Positions 8,132 to 10,385 of a stretch of DNA of 10,385 bases are shown in pieces. The position numbers and the translations under genes are program-made. The notes under the pieces are model-generated. The model was not told the origin of the DNA. It made no database searches and saw only the letters and a program-made list of their open reading frames with translations. Each line of letters begins with the position of its first letter. The stretch's first letter is position 1. Source of the DNA: Azolla caroliniana (taxonomy: Eukaryota; Plantae; Polypodiophyta); the NCBI GenBank assembly GCA_043228905.1, contig JBHGNT010001279.1, forward strand, positions 1 to 10,385. The letters are read 5' to 3'.

Positions 8132-8146
8132 ACACACACACACACA
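8132..8146 (+). repeat. (AC)7 microsatellite just upstream of the ASR start codon
   Basis: ACACACACACACACA ends 8 nt before ATG 8155. Confidence 0.9.
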
Positions 8147-8154
8147 AAGCAAGT

Positions 8155-8481
8155 ATGTCTGAGGAAAATCATCATCAACATCATCATTTCTTTGGCCATC
8201 ACAAGAAAGATGAAGAAGGAGAAGTGGAAGAAATCAATAAGCCAGTGTCACACATAAATGAGTACCAAGAGGCACAAGAGGATGCAATTCCTATAGAGAA
8301 AACAGAGTATTATGAAGGTCCTACTCATGGTACTCATGATAATGATAAAGGGAATGTTAATGTTAATGATCATGCTAATGATAATAATGCTCATGATGAC
8401 GCCAAGAAACACGAGAAATCGGCAACGCATAAAGAGCACTTTGGTGAAGCTATTGGTGCAGCCGCAGTGGCTTTTGCTCTT
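8155..8481 (+). CDS. ASR: ASR (abscisic acid-, stress-, ripening-induced; ABA/WDS domain) protein, exon 1 of 2
   Basis: 109 codons: MSEENHHQHHHFFGHHKKDEE...KKHEKSATHKEHFGEAIGAAAVAFAL. It has the His-rich N-terminus and the start of the ABA/WDS domain (compare KEEKHHKHLEHLGELGA.AAGAFAL). It ends at a phase-0 CTT|GTAAGT donor. Confidence 0.93.
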
Positions 8482-9042
8482 GTAAGTACTTATACTAATG
8501 GATATAAAAACTTAAGTGTATTGTAAGTACATATCTATGTATAATGGGGTGAGTTTATTGCTACTAAGTAGAAATGTGTGTGTGGATGGATAATGTCAAC
8601 AATGAAATGTTACATGAATATCATTTTTGTGTGTGTAATAATGAGGTGTTACCGTACGAGATGTACGGGTGATTGACAAGTGTGATAAGTGAGGGTCGGA
8701 GAAATATGTTCCTTCTATGTTCATTCATTCCCCATAAGGGGTTAAATAGTTACAAATTTACTTCTTCTATGATTTGTTTGTCACTTCCAAACATACAATC
8801 AAATTGATTCTAAAAAATACGTAGATAGGAAACATTATAAGGTTGAGTAATTAAGGTTCCATCTTATTTGAATACATGAAATAAAATGCAATATATTATT
8901 GCGATGTTGATTCACACAATCCAAGGTTCCAATGCACTGTAGACCAAGAACAATGTCCTAACTATCTAACGTTGTAATAGTAAATGTGATGCTTTCTCAT
9001 TTATATCGCGCCTTGTGGTTGATCTTTGTATATGTATTGTAG
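8482..9042 (+). other. GT-AG intron of the ASR gene (561 nt, phase 0)
   Basis: GTAAGT donor at 8482 and a T-rich tract ending TTGTAG at 9042. Splicing restores the conserved AFAL|HEKH junction. Confidence 0.92.
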
Positions 9043-9234
9043 CACGAGAAGCATGAAGAAAAGAAAGACCAAGAGCATGTGGGGCGACACAAATTAGAGG
9101 AGAAGTTTGCAGAGGCCGTGGCGATTAGTGCTGGAGGGTATGCTCTTCATGAGCACCATGAGAAGAAAGAGGCTAAGGAGGAAGCAGAAGAGGTCGAAGG
9201 GGAAGAGCATAAAAAGAAGCATCACTTTTTCTAG
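9043..9234 (+). CDS. ASR: ASR (ABA/WDS domain) protein, exon 2 of 2; spliced product 172 aa
   Basis: [63 protein letters not shown], matching the ASR consensus HEKH.AKKDPEHAH.HKIEEEIAA..AVG.GGFAFHEHHEKK...KKHHHLF. The TAG stop is at 9232-9234. Confidence 0.95.
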   Translation, partial: HEKHEEKKDQEHVGRHKLEEKFAEAVAISAGGYALHEHHEKKEAKEEAEEVEGEEHKKKHHFF

Positions 9235-9484
9235 GTTGAACGATAATATGATGGGTTATAACTTTTATCCATATGACATTCCACTCCACCTTTTCGTTTT
9301 GAGCCACGAATGTAAATAAGGTTGTGTCTTTTTTATTTTACCAATGCCATTTCATCTTTTTGAGCATCTGTGTTGCTAAACATAAAGCTTTCTTATAATG
9401 GTGCAAGATCTCATTGTTTCTTCATTTTCATAGCGTCTTTCCTAAGTTACTATGAATTGCCATCGATGGCATTCTATAACAAAT

Positions 9485-9537
9485 AATAAAATAGGAAAGG
9501 TCAAAAAAGTGAGAAAGAAAGATATATTATTAATAAA
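9485..9537 (+). terminator. Candidate polyadenylation signals of the ASR gene
   Basis: AATAAA at 9485-9490 and 9532-9537, 250-300 nt after the stop and following a T-rich 3'UTR. Plant signals are degenerate, so these are tentative. Confidence 0.35.
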
Positions 9538-9608
9538 CGTCATCTAATACCAAATTTGGACCATGAGCCAATTAGTTACAAGAAAATCGGATGTGTACCC
9601 CATCATCG

Positions 9609-9627
9609 AAAAAAAAAAAAAAAAAAA
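9609..9627 (+). repeat. A19 homopolymer
   Basis: 19 consecutive A residues. Confidence 0.95.
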
Positions 9628-9768
9628 CATAGATAACAGAGTTCTAGTATTGTCCAAAAGGTGTTATGGTATAACATATTCTATAAAGGAAATGACGATG
9701 TCCTAGGTCTAGTTTCATTTTCATTGAAGTCTCTCAAACAAGAGGGGGAGGTCAAAGGGTATTGATGT

Positions 9769-10385
9769 TGTTACGTCCCTTGGTCTCGATGTAAAAGGCT
9801 CATAGGTGGTGTAACTCATGTTCCCTTATGTTCTTAATTGCTTCTACACAACTAGTGACTTTGAGGCTTGGCATCCATAGGCATTTTGTTGTTATTTGGT
9901 TCAGCAAGGGAGAGGTTGACTGGTGCAGTTGTGTCCACGCTCATCGTCCCCTCCTATCCTTAAAAAAAATCATTAGTTACATGTTGGTGAATCTTAGAAA
10001 GGTTATTATAGCGTATTCTCTCTATATTGTTTTAGCTCTAAGATATATCTACCTAATGTCTTTATATCTGGGATATCTAATAGTTTGGAAAGGATGGGAG
10101 AGGATCCTAGTATGTCTTGGTATTTTGCCATTATCTCGACGTAAGCTGGACACTTGCATGTAAAGTGATATCGTTCGTCCTCTACCGCTATGTGACATAA
10201 GCTACATATTCTTCCCTCTCTAGGGACTCAATTACCATGACCATTCTTAACCTCAAGTTGGTGAGATAATACTCTAAGTTGTCCAATGGAAACCGTGAGA
10301 AAAGTTCATGAAGTGTCCTTATAGTACAACATTTAAGATGGGAGTGGCTCTATTGGGTTGATACATTTATGTTGAGTGTAAATTT
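9769..10385 (-). mobile_element. Possible degraded 3' end of a chromovirus-type Ty3/gypsy retrotransposon (chromodomain tail, PPT, LTR of about 430 bp)
   Basis: On the minus strand, 10350-10287 reads EP/(frameshift)SHLKCCTIRTLHELFSRFP, similar to a chromodomain C-terminus (WEP..HL..c..ll.ef..r.P). The purine tract AGAGAGGGAAGAATA (10221-10207) directly precedes TGTAGC (10206), with TGTCACAT at 10197. A candidate LTR end ...GGACGTAACA is at 9769. Confidence 0.35.

Noticed and set aside
2410-8155. PPR and ASR as a functionally linked head-to-head gene pair or new system
   Set aside because: They are 5.7 kb apart with repeat debris between them and belong to unrelated pathways; nothing in the sequence supports co-regulation.
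8155-8526. The 123-aa track ORF as the complete protein
   Set aside because: The last 14 codons are intron read-through; splicing at 8482-9042 restores the conserved ASR domain.
8248-9319. Track ORFs 8248..8439(-) and 9107..9319(+)
   Set aside because: The first is the antisense shadow of the low-complexity part of exon 1, and the second is an alternate frame of exon 2.
9560-9640. A19 run as the tail of a SINE, LINE or retrocopy
   Set aside because: No target-site duplication, Pol III A/B boxes or upstream retro-ORF could be identified. It could, however, cause oligo-dT internal priming.
9828-10163. 111-aa plus-strand ORF
   Set aside because: No recognisable domain; it lies inside the putative LTR and its hydrophobic composition follows from T-rich DNA.

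Overview
AT-rich plant nuclear DNA, probably from a fern or another seed-free vascular plant (inferred from PPR motif style). It contains two divergently oriented genes about 5.7 kb apart. (1) A long uninterrupted minus-strand ORF (2410 to <1, 803 codons, no stop inside the window, so absent from the supplied ORF track) encodes a PLS-class pentatricopeptide-repeat protein with 23 complete motifs. Its L motifs are mostly 36 aa, and it is a likely organellar RNA-editing factor whose C-terminus lies outside the window. (2) A two-exon ASR (ABA/WDS-domain) gene, join(8155..8481,9043..9234), encodes 172 aa. The intergenic and 3' flanks hold local duplications and weak, degraded LTR-retrotransposon-like traces. 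I see no clearly new biological system. The best leads are the odd 5' end of the PPR gene (no transit peptide, an out-of-frame uATG, an in-frame stop and tandem splice acceptors) and its periodic predicted RNA target.
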